Of a DNA stretch of 64,000 nt, positions 1 through 9,867 are shown one piece after another. Where the stretch lies: assembly GCA_027054335.1 (NCBI GenBank), contig JALUPA010000539.1:904-64903 (forward strand), given 5' to 3'. The position numbers and the translations under genes were made by a program. The DNA is from Ardenticatenaceae bacterium (GTDB taxonomy: Bacteria > Chloroflexota > Anaerolineae > Promineifilales > Promineifilaceae). The stretch's first letter is position 1. The number at the start of each line of letters is the position of its first letter. Below the pieces are notes generated by a model. It saw only the letters and a list, made by a program, of their open reading frames with translations, made no database searches and had not been told where the DNA came from.

Positions 1-1
1 C

Positions 2-1051
2 CGGGCCGCGCTGCTGGACGCCGGGGTGGCGCAGGTGGACGGTATTTATGTGGGCAATATGACCGGCGGCCGTCTCAACCACCAGCGGCAGTTGGGGGCT
101 GTTGTAGCCGATGCTCTGGGCATGTGGGGGGTGGAAGCCGTCAAAATGGAAGCAGCTTGCGGTTCGGCCGGTTCGGCCATGCGGCAGGGCATTATAGCCA
201 TTGCCAGCGGTGAGATGGAGGCGGTGCTGGTGATTGGTGTGGAGAAGATGACGGAGAACGGTTTCCCCCAAACGACGGCCGCGCTGACCACGGCCGCTGA
301 CGCCGATTATGAGATTGAGCAGGGAGTTACCTTTGTGGGGCTGAATGCCTTGATCATGCGCCGCTATATGTATGAATATGGCTATGACCGGCACGATTTT
401 GCTCCTTTTGCCCTGAATGCTCACGCCAATGGGGCCAAAAATCCCAATGCCATGTTCCGCCAACCGATTTCGCTGGAGACGTATGACAACGGCCGTATCG
501 TGTCTGATCCCATCAGCTTGTTCGATGCTTCGCCCATCGGAGATGGGGCGGCCGCTTTGCTCCTGGTTCCGGCGGAAAAAGCGCCCCAGGCGGTGCGCGT
601 TATCGGTTCTGCGGTGGCCACGGATACGCTGGCGGTACATGACCGGGAGGACCCCCTCTGGTTGAGGGCCGGTGAGCTATCGGTGAAGCGGGCGTACGCT
701 CAGGCAGGTGTAGGCCCGGCCGATGTTGACTTGTTTGAGTTGCACGATGCCTTTACGGTGATGGCCGCGCTGTCTCTGGAGGCGTGTGGTTTTGCGGAGA
801 AGGGTGAGGGCGTGCGGTTGGCTCAGGAAGGGGATATTTTGCCGGACGGCCGTATCCCTATCAGCAGCATGGGCGGGTTGAAGGCGCGGGGGCATCCGGT
901 AGGGGCCACCGGTCTGTACCAGATAGCCGAAGCGACGCTGCAACTGCAAGGCCGGGCCGGCGCCGCCCAGATTGACGGTGTGGATATTGCTATGACGCAA
1001 AATATCGGTGGCAGTGGGGCAACCATTGTGACCCATATTTTACAAAAATGA
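2..1051 (+). CDS. thiolase-domain protein (archaeal/SCP-x-type acetyl-CoA C-acetyltransferase), 5' end outside window
   Basis: The frame stays open to the window edge (RAALLDAGVAQVDGIYVG upstream of the listed Met). Thiolase signatures are EAACGSAG (nucleophile Cys), GHPVGATG and NIGGSG. Confidence 0.8.
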   Translation, partial: RAALLDAGVAQVDGIYVGNMTGGRLNHQRQLGAVVADALGMWGVEAVKMEAACGSAGSAMRQGIIAIASGEMEAVLVIGVEKMTENGFPQTTAALTTAADADYEIEQGVTFVGLNALIMRRYMYEYGYDRHDFAPFALNAHANGAKNPNAMFRQPISLETYDNGRIVSDPISLFDASPIGDGAAALLLVPAEKAPQAVRVIGSAVATDTLAVHDREDPLWLRAGELSVKRAYAQAGVGPADVDLFELHDAFTVMAALSLEACGFAEKGEGVRLAQEGDILPDGRIPISSMGGLKARGHPVGATGLYQIAEATLQLQGRAGAAQIDGVDIAMTQNIGGSGATIVTHILQK

Positions 1052-1060
1052 TGTCTGTTG

Positions 1061-1092
1061 CGTGATGCGTGAAGATGTCTTCACGCATCACG
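1061..1092. repeat. GTGATGC-family hairpin (CGTGATGCGTGAAGA / TCTTCACGCATCACG)
   Basis: Perfect 15-nt inverted arms 10 nt after the thiolase stop. The same GTGATGCGTGA word recurs at 4535, 11518, 34024, 36391, 39866 and 41722. Confidence 0.85.
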
Positions 1093-1242
1093 TAGTCCCC
1101 TGGTACTGTTTGCCCCTTTTTTGCCCCTTTTTCACCCGCTTTATACGTCTGTTTGCGCCGGCCCGGTGTATAGTGGAAGCCATCCTCCCGACAATACGGA
1201 CGACACAACTGTTTACGGGAAAATTGGAGTGGATAGACCATC

Positions 1243-3111
1243 TTGCTACAGCAAAACCGGAAAGAATTCAGCAATATAGCGCCGCGGCTGCAATCTGCCT
1301 TGCAGGCTATTGCCGATGACGTCGTTGCGCGTCTGGGGTGTATTGGGGCCATCGCCACAACGTTGGAGAATGATGGCGGCTTGTACGCGCGGGCGGCGGC
1401 TTTTCAGGTTCCGGCGGAGTTGGCGCAGCGTTTTTTGGCGGAAAGCGGTCTGGACGTAACCGGCGAATCGGCCATTTTGTATCTGGACGAGAAAAAGCAC
1501 CGGTACAATCTGGGGGTGAATGCGGTTAAGGGAGTAAACGGCCGTGCCCAAACTATCGAGCAGCCTTATCTTATTTCTGACCAATTGTATGATTTGCTAC
1601 GGCCGTTAACCGATGAGGGCACGTCTGCCCGGTTGCAGGAAGAATTTGATATTCGCCAGGTTGTAGCTGTGCCCTTTATTGTAGAAAATGAAGTCGTGGG
1701 CAATTTGTTGGCGGCTTCCCGCGACTCGTTTGATGACCGGGATATTGATTTTTTGGTGGCTTTTGCCCGGCAGGCAGCTTCTTCCATTGCCCATCATTAT
1801 CGTCTGACGGCTATGGAGTCCTTGGGCAAAGTCATCTTTTCCCTCCAGGCCAAAATGACGGATGAAACGAAGGTGCTGCAAGCCGTGGTGGATTCTGTCG
1901 TTTTTGAATTGGGCTATGCCGGGGCGATGGTGGCGACACTGGAGTGGGGGAATGCCCTGCCGGTGCGGGCTTACGCACTGGATGATCGGCCGCAGATTTT
2001 GGCTCATCTGGAAGAGAAGGCAGGTATTAAACTGATCAGCCCCAAAGCAGTGGTTTATTTGGATGATGACCATTACAAAGATAATTTAAGCGTGCGGGCG
2101 GTAAAAAGCGTGAACGGCCGTCCCCAAAAATATCTGACCTCCAACAGATTGTATGATTTGCTGCGCCCTATCGTGCGCAAGTCGCTGGCTGATTTTGCTC
2201 AACAAATGCTGGGGATTCGCGCCGTTATCGCCGTGCCCTTTTTTGTGGAAGACGAGGTGGTAGGCAATTTGTTTGTCGCTTCCCGGCGTGACCAATTTTC
2301 TGCCTGGGAGATCACTGTTTTGACCTCATTTGGGCAGCAGGCGGCGGCCGGCATCCGCAACGCCCGACTGTACCATGAGATGGAGGAACAGCGGCGTATT
2401 GCGGAGATGTTTAGCCGCATGGCTTTCAGCGCCAATGCCTCGGTTCATGCCCTGAGCAACCTTCTGAGCGCCGTGCGCACCTACCTGCATCTGCTCACGG
2501 CCGCTTCCAGTTTTCCGCCCACCCAGCAGCAGGAAATTTTGAACAACAGCGCCAATATGCTGGAACGGCTGCGCCAGACGAGCGAGATTCTGGAGAATTT
2601 ACACACGCCTTGGCAGCAAATGCCGGATGAGCCGGTGAGTGTGAATGATTGTCTGGTGCGGGCGCTGCATGAGGTGTTCCCGCAACTTTTGGTAGGTTTT
2701 GAAGATGGCAGTATGGAAGACAAGATGGGTGTGCGGGTTCACATGATGCTGGCTCCGCATCTGCCCCGGTTAATGACTTCGCCGGATATGCTGACGGAGG
2801 CGTTGCGGGTGATTATCAAAAACGGCCGTGAAGCCATCGCTGAGACAGGCAAAAAAGGAGACCTCTGGATTGCCACCGGGCGGGTGGGGCTGGATGAAGT
2901 AGAAGTGACCATCCGGGATAACGGTACAGGTATCGCCGCGGAAGATTTGCCCCACATTTATGATCTGGGCTGGACGACGAGGGTGGATCAGGGGATGGGT
3001 TTTGGTCTGTTCTGGGCGCGGGATTATATTGTGCGGGTAAACGGCCGTATCGAAGTAGAAAGCACCTGGCAAGAAGGCACGACATTCCGGTTAACCTTCT
3101 CTGCCGCCTAA
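1243..3111 (+). CDS. GAF-GAF sensor histidine kinase
   Basis: Two paralogous GAF-like modules (LYLDEKKHRYNLGVNAVKGVNGRAQ...LYDLLRPL versus VYLDDDHYKDNLSVRAVKSVNGRPQ...LYDLLRPI). These are followed by a His-containing helix (SVHALSNLL) and HATPase_c motifs (DNGTGI, GMGFGL). The listed start is TTG and the exact start is uncertain. Confidence 0.8.
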   Translation: MLQQNRKEFSNIAPRLQSALQAIADDVVARLGCIGAIATTLENDGGLYARAAAFQVPAELAQRFLAESGLDVTGESAILYLDEKKHRYNLGVNAVKGVNGRAQTIEQPYLISDQLYDLLRPLTDEGTSARLQEEFDIRQVVAVPFIVENEVVGNLLAASRDSFDDRDIDFLVAFARQAASSIAHHYRLTAMESLGKVIFSLQAKMTDETKVLQAVVDSVVFELGYAGAMVATLEWGNALPVRAYALDDRPQILAHLEEKAGIKLISPKAVVYLDDDHYKDNLSVRAVKSVNGRPQKYLTSNRLYDLLRPIVRKSLADFAQQMLGIRAVIAVPFFVEDEVVGNLFVASRRDQFSAWEITVLTSFGQQAAAGIRNARLYHEMEEQRRIAEMFSRMAFSANASVHALSNLLSAVRTYLHLLTAASSFPPTQQQEILNNSANMLERLRQTSEILENLHTPWQQMPDEPVSVNDCLVRALHEVFPQLLVGFEDGSMEDKMGVRVHMMLAPHLPRLMTSPDMLTEALRVIIKNGREAIAETGKKGDLWIATGRVGLDEVEVTIRDNGTGIAAEDLPHIYDLGWTTRVDQGMGFGLFWARDYIVRVNGRIEVESTWQEGTTFRLTFSAA

Positions 3112-3117
3112 AACCAA

Positions 3118-3360
3118 TTACCCAATTACCGAACGAAATGCTTCTGCCAGCTGCCCGGCCGTAATCGGCGCCTGCAACGTAATTTCTCCCATATGGATGA
3201 CCGGAATTGAATAGTGGTAACGTGCAAAAAGCGCCGGGTCGCCGGTGATGTCTATTTCGGTAAGTTGATGCGGGTACCTGGCTTGCAAATGGGTTAAATC
3301 CTGTTTAACTTCTTCACACAGGCCGCAGTCTTCTTTCGTGTAGAGAATAACATTGATCAA
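3118..3360 (-). CDS. glutaredoxin-like thioredoxin-fold protein (DUF836/YruB-like)
   Basis: 80-aa ORF with an N-terminal CGLC redox motif and typical beta-alpha-beta spacing (VILYTKEDCGLCEEVK...IPVI). The last codons GTA ATT GGG TAA lie inside an AATTACCC-family repeat. Confidence 0.7.
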   Translation of the reverse strand: MINVILYTKEDCGLCEEVKQDLTHLQARYPHQLTEIDITGDPALFARYHYSIPVIHMGEITLQAPITAGQLAEAFRSVIG

Positions 3361-3412
3361 AGTGATTTTCTCCAGATTGAACCAATCTAAGTAATTGTCC
3401 AGAAATTAGTTC

Positions 3413-3456
3413 GTAGTAACGACTTTAGTCGTCCAGACCGCTAAAGCGGTTACTAC
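3413..3456. repeat. GTAG...CTAC REP-like compound hairpin
   Basis: GTAGTAACGACTTTAGTCGTCCAGACCGCTAAAGCGGTTACTAC. Outer stem GTAGTAA/TTACTAC encloses two inner hairpins (ACGAC-TTTA-GTCGT and ACCGC-TAAA-GCGGT). Confidence 0.75.
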
Positions 3457-3489
3457 AAACCAAAACGGGAAGTAATTTTTAGATGATTA

Positions 3490-4449
3490 CTAAACCAGCA
3501 GGGATTGAGCCACCGTACCAGCGTATATAGCCAGCAGTAGAACCGTCAAGTAGTAATTGGAAGCCATAAACAGGGCGCGGGCGTGTGAGGCGGATGGGTC
3601 ACGGATAAGCTGCACGTTGCGCCAGAAAAGCATAAAGGAAACCAGCAGCACAGGCGCAAAATAAATCCAGCCCAACGCGGGCAGGGCAACCATCAGTACG
3701 CCAAAAATACAGGTGGGCAGCGTATGGGCCATGACCCACCAGGCAGCGCGATGGGGTGTCGTGTTAACCGGCAGCATAGGTACATCCGAGCGAGAATAAT
3801 CGTCTCGGTACAGCAGAGCCAGGCTCCAGAAATGAAAGGGCGTCCAGAGGAAGAGAATGAGGGCCAGGATGAGGGCGCCGGTTTCATTCCATTGGCCTAT
3901 GGCCGCACTGCCGGTAAGGACAGCCGCGCTGCCGGCCGCACCGCCAATGACGATGTTGAGCAAGGTGCGCGGCTTGAGCCAGATGGTGTAGATGATGGTG
4001 TAGATAAATGCGCCCAGAAGCAGGAAGAAGGCCATCGCCGGGTTAAAAGGGAGGACAACCAGGACGGGAATGAAGATGAGCAGGACGCTGACCACCGGTA
4101 CCCATTTGGGGTTTTTGATGTCGCCGTTGACTAACGGCCGTTTCCGGGTGCGGCGCATGGCTCCATCCGAATGACGCTCCCAATACTGATTGAAGGACGA
4201 CGAACCGGCTGCCGCCATCCCGCCGGTCAGCCAGAGGAGAAGCAGTGTGCCCAAGCCCGGCCAGCCGCCAGCCGCCAGAAATGCGCCGCCGGTGGCGGCC
4301 AACAAGAGCAAAAAAACTACGCGCAATTTGAACAGGACGACAATAAGATTCATGGTTTCCTGCCATTTGCTGCCAGTTCGGGTAGAAACTGCGTCCAGTT
4401 TGCCGGACGTTTCACTTTCCTGCACTTCAGTTGTATTGGTTAAGGACAT
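3490..4449 (-). CDS. ctaB: protoheme IX farnesyltransferase (heme O synthase)
   Basis: UbiA-family polytopic membrane protein with the heme O synthase motif NQYWERHSDGAMRRTRKRPL. Start moved to ATG at 4449, which is preceded by GGAGGAA. Confidence 0.85.
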   Translation of the reverse strand: MSLTNTTEVQESETSGKLDAVSTRTGSKWQETMNLIVVLFKLRVVFLLLLAATGGAFLAAGGWPGLGTLLLLWLTGGMAAAGSSSFNQYWERHSDGAMRRTRKRPLVNGDIKNPKWVPVVSVLLIFIPVLVVLPFNPAMAFFLLLGAFIYTIIYTIWLKPRTLLNIVIGGAAGSAAVLTGSAAIGQWNETGALILALILFLWTPFHFWSLALLYRDDYSRSDVPMLPVNTTPHRAAWWVMAHTLPTCIFGVLMVALPALGWIYFAPVLLVSFMLFWRNVQLIRDPSASHARALFMASNYYLTVLLLAIYAGTVAQSLLV

Positions 4450-4574
4450 GATTCCTCCGGGCTGTCTGTGTGGACACACTCGCTCATTCGTTTACTTGGT
4501 TGGAATTGTAACAAGGTTCACAAAGGGATACAAACGTGATGCGTGATGGCGTGATCCGTGATAGCATCGCAGTG

Positions 4575-5234
4575 ATGACGACGTTACGCAGATATTTGCA
4601 CGAACCGGTGAATACGCTGACTCATATGTTGGGCGCGGCCGTTTCTGTGGCGGGACTGCTGGTTTTGCTTGTCCTAACCTGGGGTGATTGGCCGCGGCTG
4701 GCGACGATGTTGGTTTATGGGTTGAGTATGATTCTTCTCTTCGCCGCCAGTTCCCTGATGCACGGCGTCAAGACCAGCCCGCGCTACCATTTTTGGCTGA
4801 ACCGGCTGGATCACGCCGCCATTTTCCTGCTGATTGCCGGAACGTATACGCCAATTGCCTACAACCTGTTCCCTTCTCCCTGGAATTGGCTGATTTTGGC
4901 AGTGGTGTGGACGGCCGTACTCAGCGGCGTCTTCTACAAAACCACCAGCAAGCAAATTCATGGCTTCCTCAACGTGAGCATCTACGTCATTCTGGGCTGG
5001 GGGGCAGCTTTTCCTCTCTTTCTGGCAACCAGGACGCTAAATCTGATTCCCTGGCAAGGGGTTTTGTGGCTGCTGGCCGGTGGGCTGATTTACTCCATTG
5101 GCTTCCTCATTTACTATCGCCGTTGGCCCGATCCCTGGCCGGACACCTTCGGCCACCACGAAATCTGGCATTTGTTCGTGATGGGCGGCTGCCTGTGTCA
5201 CTATTTGTTTATCTTGTTGTATGTGGCCCGGTAA
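4575..5234 (+). CDS. hemolysin III / PAQR family membrane protein
   Basis: 7-TM protein with LNRLDHAAIFLLIAGTYTP and HHEIWHLFV motifs. The listed start (4536) lies inside a GTGAT tandem repeat, so ATG 4575 is preferred. Confidence 0.8.
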   Translation: MTTLRRYLHEPVNTLTHMLGAAVSVAGLLVLLVLTWGDWPRLATMLVYGLSMILLFAASSLMHGVKTSPRYHFWLNRLDHAAIFLLIAGTYTPIAYNLFPSPWNWLILAVVWTAVLSGVFYKTTSKQIHGFLNVSIYVILGWGAAFPLFLATRTLNLIPWQGVLWLLAGGLIYSIGFLIYYRRWPDPWPDTFGHHEIWHLFVMGGCLCHYLFILLYVAR

Positions 5235-5275
5235 AGGGCAAGGGGGCAAGGCGGCAGTACTTTGCCACTCTGCCC

Positions 5276-7513
5276 CTATTCTTCATACGGCCGTTTCCAC
5301 ACCCAGAACAACGCCAATACAAACAGCACCAGCAGCAAGACCAACGACAAAGAAGAAAGTACAGAGAGGCGGGACGGCGGTTGACCCGGTTCTTTGGCTG
5401 CCGCGTTTGTTTTGGGGAGTGGAGCGAGCGGCGTGGCCTTGCTGTCTGCGTCCGGGGCAGGCATTTCTACGGCCGTATCAGGCGCTTCCAAAAGAAAAGC
5501 AACGATCATTTCCACCTGTTCGGGGGAGAGACGCTCGCCGTAATACTGGGGCATCACGTTAGTCAGGCACGGTCCGTTAGGGCATTCCGGGATAATAAAC
5601 GCATTCGGTTCCAGGATGGATTGGCGCAAGTAGTCGGCTGCCGTCATTCCGGCAATGCGTTCCCCGGCGACGGCCCCAATGTTCGTCAAATCCGGCCCCA
5701 CTTTCCGCGCTTCGCCCAATGCACCGATAACGTGACAGGAGCCGCAGCCCGCATTCAGGATAACTTCCTCTACCGTGTCCCCTTCAATCGGGCGGGGTGT
5801 GGCGGTAGCCACCGGTGCAGCGGATGTAGCTATCGGCGTTGGCGTATCTTCCGGGATGGGGGTGGGGATAGGCGTCAGAGCCAGATTATCTTGTTCCGGC
5901 TGGCTGCCGAATCTGGCCGGCTCGGCGCGCAGGATTGCTTCGCATTGATTGATACCCGGTTCCGGATCAGGCATACACCACCAGGGATCGCCCTTTTTGG
6001 TCTTGAGCAGAGGTACAAACCAGAACACGACATTTTCGCCGGACGCCGGATCGCCGTTAAGCCACTGGCGCGGCGGCTGGTAGGTATCGCCGGGGCCGGT
6101 GACGACGGGGCCATCTCCTTCATCTTCGTTATCTTGCAGGATGAAGAAGTAGGCTTCATCCTGCCCCAGGGGATCGGTTGGCTCCATCTGCCAGATGTAG
6201 CTGGCGTCCCCGTGGCTCGCGGCCACCTTGTTCCCCGTGAGTGAGAGGGTGAGAACGTTGTCTTCAAGCAGATTATTGTCATCCAGCAGCGGCGTTTCCA
6301 CAAAAGGGTACAGTTCCAGTTCCGATTTGGCTTCTATCCATTGGGCGCCATCCCAAACTTGTACCTCATTGTCGTCGGGGCCGGCCAAATCTACATCAAT
6401 GCGCCAGAACGGCCGGTAGATGGATAAATCGTCACAGCCCGGACCGTGCGAGGTGAAGCGGAAATCCAGGCTGCCGTCATCGTAAAACTGGATGATTTGC
6501 TCGTAGCGGTAGCAGCAGATGCAGTTGGGCCAGCGGGTGAATTCGGTGAAAAGCTGGCGCACTTCAAACCCGTCGTCAAATTCGTTGACTTCGGTACCGC
6601 CATATGCCCGGACGGTGGCGTTGAAGCCGATTTCGTCCCGGTAGCCGCCGGGCCAACTGGGATACCAGGCTTCAATCTGGGTGATTTTGGCGCTGGAAAA
6701 GATGAGCGTGTCGTCATAGGTGGCGTCGGTGAAGTTGAGGCCGTCGTGGGCGGTCATTTCCCAGCAAACGTTCCAGCCGTCTTGTTCTGTGCAGCCGTCA
6801 TCATAAGCGCCGCGCTGGGCCACGGGCATCTCTACGTCCAGGTCGGGGCGGCCGCGGGTGTAGAAGGTGCGGGCCACTTTGTCTTGTTCCAGGTTGACGA
6901 AGACGTGGAAGACACGGCCGTCGCCCGCCGGAGAAGCAAACGTTAAATCCACACACCAGTCATCACGGCAGTCATCGTCGGCCAGCCAGCCCGACATGGG
7001 GATCATCACCGGATTAGCTGCGCCAATGTCCCCCAGGATGGCCTGCACCTGAGGGTCGGCCGCGGCAATTTCCAGGGTGCGGGCTAAAATATATTGGCTG
7101 CCGGGCGGACGGGCCAGAGCATCCGTCCATTGCGCCTCTACGGAGTGGGTTTTCAGGTTGACGATAGCGTTGATTGTGCCGCCGTTGGCCATGTCATAGT
7201 AGATGGCGTGGGCGCAGTCCGTCCCGCATTCCCACTGTTGGCTCTCGCTTTGGCCCAGGCGCACCGCTTCCACAAACTGGACATTTTCTTTTTCCTGGAT
7301 AGCGTTGAGTTGGGGGATGGCGGCTGCCAACTGCTCCGGGGAAAAGAGGCGGTCAGCTTCAGCGCCCATACCGAGCATTTGTTTTCCTTTGGCTACGGCG
7401 ATCTGGATACGGCCGTTTTCGGCCGTGCGCAGCCAAAAAATCTGGCCGATGAGTATGACAAGGGCAACTGCAATTAGCCGGATGGTCGCCCGTTGGCGTG
7501 GCGTCGTCTTCAT
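5276..7513 (-). CDS. membrane-anchored protein with large unassigned extracytoplasmic domain and C-terminal monoheme cytochrome c domain
   Basis: Signal-anchor MKTTPRQRATIRLIAVALVILIG, a Cys-rich unassigned region (NCICCYRYEQ), a Pro/Thr linker, a CGSCH heme-binding motif and a C-terminal TM helix. Start set at ATG 7513. Confidence 0.6.
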   Translation of the reverse strand: MKTTPRQRATIRLIAVALVILIGQIFWLRTAENGRIQIAVAKGKQMLGMGAEADRLFSPEQLAAAIPQLNAIQEKENVQFVEAVRLGQSESQQWECGTDCAHAIYYDMANGGTINAIVNLKTHSVEAQWTDALARPPGSQYILARTLEIAAADPQVQAILGDIGAANPVMIPMSGWLADDDCRDDWCVDLTFASPAGDGRVFHVFVNLEQDKVARTFYTRGRPDLDVEMPVAQRGAYDDGCTEQDGWNVCWEMTAHDGLNFTDATYDDTLIFSSAKITQIEAWYPSWPGGYRDEIGFNATVRAYGGTEVNEFDDGFEVRQLFTEFTRWPNCICCYRYEQIIQFYDDGSLDFRFTSHGPGCDDLSIYRPFWRIDVDLAGPDDNEVQVWDGAQWIEAKSELELYPFVETPLLDDNNLLEDNVLTLSLTGNKVAASHGDASYIWQMEPTDPLGQDEAYFFILQDNEDEGDGPVVTGPGDTYQPPRQWLNGDPASGENVVFWFVPLLKTKKGDPWWCMPDPEPGINQCEAILRAEPARFGSQPEQDNLALTPIPTPIPEDTPTPIATSAAPVATATPRPIEGDTVEEVILNAGCGSCHVIGALGEARKVGPDLTNIGAVAGERIAGMTAADYLRQSILEPNAFIIPECPNGPCLTNVMPQYYGERLSPEQVEMIVAFLLEAPDTAVEMPAPDADSKATPLAPLPKTNAAAKEPGQPPSRLSVLSSLSLVLLLVLFVLALFWVWKRPYEE

Positions 7514-7677
7514 AGTTTGCTCGCAGCGTAATAATACCATGCTGTATTTTCGGGGCAACCGGATGTAACCTGGCATTTTTCAGACAAAGAAAAACCACCG
7601 GGAGGAACCGGTGGTTGAAATTTCTTGAAAGCCTGGATGTTTGCTATCTTCAATTGGGCGCTGGTTTAAGCCGGTTT

Positions 7678-7704
7678 GTAGGGCGATTTGCCAAATCGCC
7701 CTAC
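7678..7704. repeat. GTAG...CTAC REP-like hairpin
   Basis: GTAGGGCGATTTG-C-CAAATCGCCCTAC with perfect 13-nt arms, 4 nt downstream of the NifU-like stop. Confidence 0.8.
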
Positions 7705-7708
7705 GGAG

Positions 7709-7981
7709 TTAAACGGCCGTGACCACTGCCACATCCGGGAAAAACTGCTTCACTGTACCTTCAATCCAGCCATGCAAAGTAACCGGGGCCAAATTACATC
7801 CTTCGCAAGCGCCAGACAACCGCACTTGCACTTGCCCATCCTCATACGAGACAAATTCAACAGCGCCACCGTGATAATACTCGATGTAGGAACTGAGACT
7901 TTCGATGAGGGCGGCAATTTGTTCCTCTTCCGGGGCATCAGCAGCGACGCCTGTTTTCATACCGGCATATTCTGTACTCAT
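7709..7981 (-). CDS. NifU-like (Nfu) Fe-S cluster scaffold domain protein
   Basis: NifU C-terminal domain pattern: HGGAVEFVSYEDGQVQVRLSGACEGCNLAPVTL with a CxxC. Start at ATG 7981, preceded by GGAG. Confidence 0.8.
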   Translation of the reverse strand: MSTEYAGMKTGVAADAPEEEQIAALIESLSSYIEYYHGGAVEFVSYEDGQVQVRLSGACEGCNLAPVTLHGWIEGTVKQFFPDVAVVTAV

Positions 7982-8065
7982 AGCAAGCTCCTTTTTGTTT
8001 GTTTGACCAACTGATGAGACTATTATACGATTTTTAGGCGAGACTGGATAGAGGGAAGTGAGACA

Positions 8066-8656
8066 ATGGTGGAAAACCTGCACCCGGATGCGCAAAAATG
8101 GAATGAAATATTTCGGCAGGAGGGAGACGCCTGGTTAGCTCGACGGCCGCGGCAGCTGCTGTTGGATTATGCGGAAATGCTGCCGCGGCAGGGGTTGGCG
8201 CTGGATGCAGCGGCGGGGGTGGCTATTCACGGCCGTTACCTGGCCAAATTGGGTCTCCACGTGATTGCTCTGGACATTTCTGAAGTGGGGCTGCGCCTGG
8301 CCCGGCAGCAGGCACTGGCCCAGGGTCTGTGGCTGGAAGCAGCCGTTTACGATTTGGCCCATCCCTGGTTTCCTCCGGATTGTTTTGACGTGATTGTTAA
8401 TTTTCGCTTTCTGGAACGGGCCACTTTCCCTATGTACCGGCGGGCGCTGAAGCCGGGTGGCTGGCTATTGTTTGAGACGTTTGTCAAGACGGATACGGCC
8501 GTGCCCACCCCTTCCCATTACCTTAACCCCGGCGAACTAAAAGCTGCTTTTGCTGATTGGGAGATTGTGCATTATGCGGATACGGCCGTACGAAGCCCCG
8601 ATTGTCGCCTGCGCCAGGTCGAACAACTCGTGGCCCGCAAACCCGGCGCGGCGTGA
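8066..8656 (+). CDS. class I SAM-dependent methyltransferase
   Basis: Motif I region LALDAAAGVAIHGRYLAKLGLHVIALDIS and post-I/II spacing typical of TehB/UbiE-like methyltransferases. Confidence 0.7.
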   Translation: MVENLHPDAQKWNEIFRQEGDAWLARRPRQLLLDYAEMLPRQGLALDAAAGVAIHGRYLAKLGLHVIALDISEVGLRLARQQALAQGLWLEAAVYDLAHPWFPPDCFDVIVNFRFLERATFPMYRRALKPGGWLLFETFVKTDTAVPTPSHYLNPGELKAAFADWEIVHYADTAVRSPDCRLRQVEQLVARKPGAA

Positions 8657-8689
8657 TGGATGATATGTGTTTTTCAGCACCCCATTCTC

Positions 8690-9673
8690 TTATTCCCTTA
8701 CCCCTTCCTTCCGCCGTTCCGATAGTTGTTTGAGCTTGACTTTAGTCTCTCGCCAGGTAATTTTGGATAACCCCAGTTTTTGCCGGATGTCATCCTGTTC
8801 TACGCCGGTTTCCCAGTCATGCAAAGCCGAAATCCAGCGCAAATTCTCAAAAGAGAGCAGGCCGTGGGCCAGACCGGCCTCGTCACTAACGTCTCGCAAA
8901 ATATATTCCAGATTCCGGGACGTGCAGGTGAACAACGTATCTGTCGGTTTATATTGCTCCAGATATTCATCCAGCACTTCCAGCCACTCCGGGTCTAAAT
9001 CCAGTTTGCGTTCCTTGTAGCGCAAACTGGGATTCGCATAGCGAATATATAATACCGGATGCGCCTCATCTTCACGGTTTATGTGGTTGGGGACAATGGC
9101 CATCGCTTCCCCTTTCTTGATGCCGGTTTGCAGCAGTAACGTTAACAAGAGGTGGGGGCGGGCATCTTGTTTTTTGATTTCACCTTGCCGCCATTGTTCG
9201 GTGACAAGTAGAGCCTTTTCCAGTTCCTCATCTGTAGGCAAGGTGGGCAGGGGGCTGGTAACGCTGCGCTGAATGACGGCGTCTGCCGGATTTTCTGTGA
9301 GAACGCCTGTCTTGTTAAGCCAGCCAAAAAAGACTTTGAGGGTGGTTATGCGCCGGGCCAGGGATTTGGGACCGCATGATACGCCACGGCCGTCAGGCTT
9401 AGGATTCCTCAGCCAGTCGAGAAAATCATTCAAATCTTTCGTACCAATTCGGCCGATAGGCTGGCCGATACCCAGATATTCCCCCAGCAAGCGGACGTCG
9501 CTGGAAAAAGCCTTGATCGTGTTAAGGGCAAAACCTTCCTCCCGCATATGCTGTTCAAAAACACCTAGAGCGGCCTGAATCGAGGCGTCTGCGGTCAGCG
9601 ACGGCCGTTTTTCCGATTGTTCCGGCGGTAATTCTGCATCAGGAATCAGAGGTTGTTGAATATCCTCACTCAT
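8690..9673 (-). CDS. tyrosine-recombinase-like protein (XerC/D fold), apparently lacking catalytic residues
   Basis: N-terminal SAM-like core-binding region (NTIKAFSSDVRLLGEYL, LNDFLDWL). The C-terminal region aligns to Xer boxes, but box I is TGIKKGE (R->K), box II is FENLRWISALHDW, and LGLSKITWRETK has no Tyr at the nucleophile position. Confidence 0.55.
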   Translation of the reverse strand: MSEDIQQPLIPDAELPPEQSEKRPSLTADASIQAALGVFEQHMREEGFALNTIKAFSSDVRLLGEYLGIGQPIGRIGTKDLNDFLDWLRNPKPDGRGVSCGPKSLARRITTLKVFFGWLNKTGVLTENPADAVIQRSVTSPLPTLPTDEELEKALLVTEQWRQGEIKKQDARPHLLLTLLLQTGIKKGEAMAIVPNHINREDEAHPVLYIRYANPSLRYKERKLDLDPEWLEVLDEYLEQYKPTDTLFTCTSRNLEYILRDVSDEAGLAHGLLSFENLRWISALHDWETGVEQDDIRQKLGLSKITWRETKVKLKQLSERRKEGVRE

Positions 9674-9867
9674 GGGGAATCTCCTTCGTGGTAACAGGGA
9701 CGTTGAAAATAATAAGGTGAATTGATGACAAATGGTGTGTTTCGTGTAGACAGTAAAAGAATAAGCCAGTTGAGTCTATTTGTCAAGACAAAAATCCGAC
9801 AGGCCATTGGTTGACACCTGCTGAAATTGCGCTATGATTTCTGTAGATTAACAACTAAAAGCAATAG

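Noticed and set aside
8690-9673. Integrase as a marker of an integrated prophage or island
   Set aside because: There is no adjacent tRNA, att-like direct repeats, phage genes or compositional shift. The neighbours are housekeeping genes, and the protein appears catalytically degenerate.
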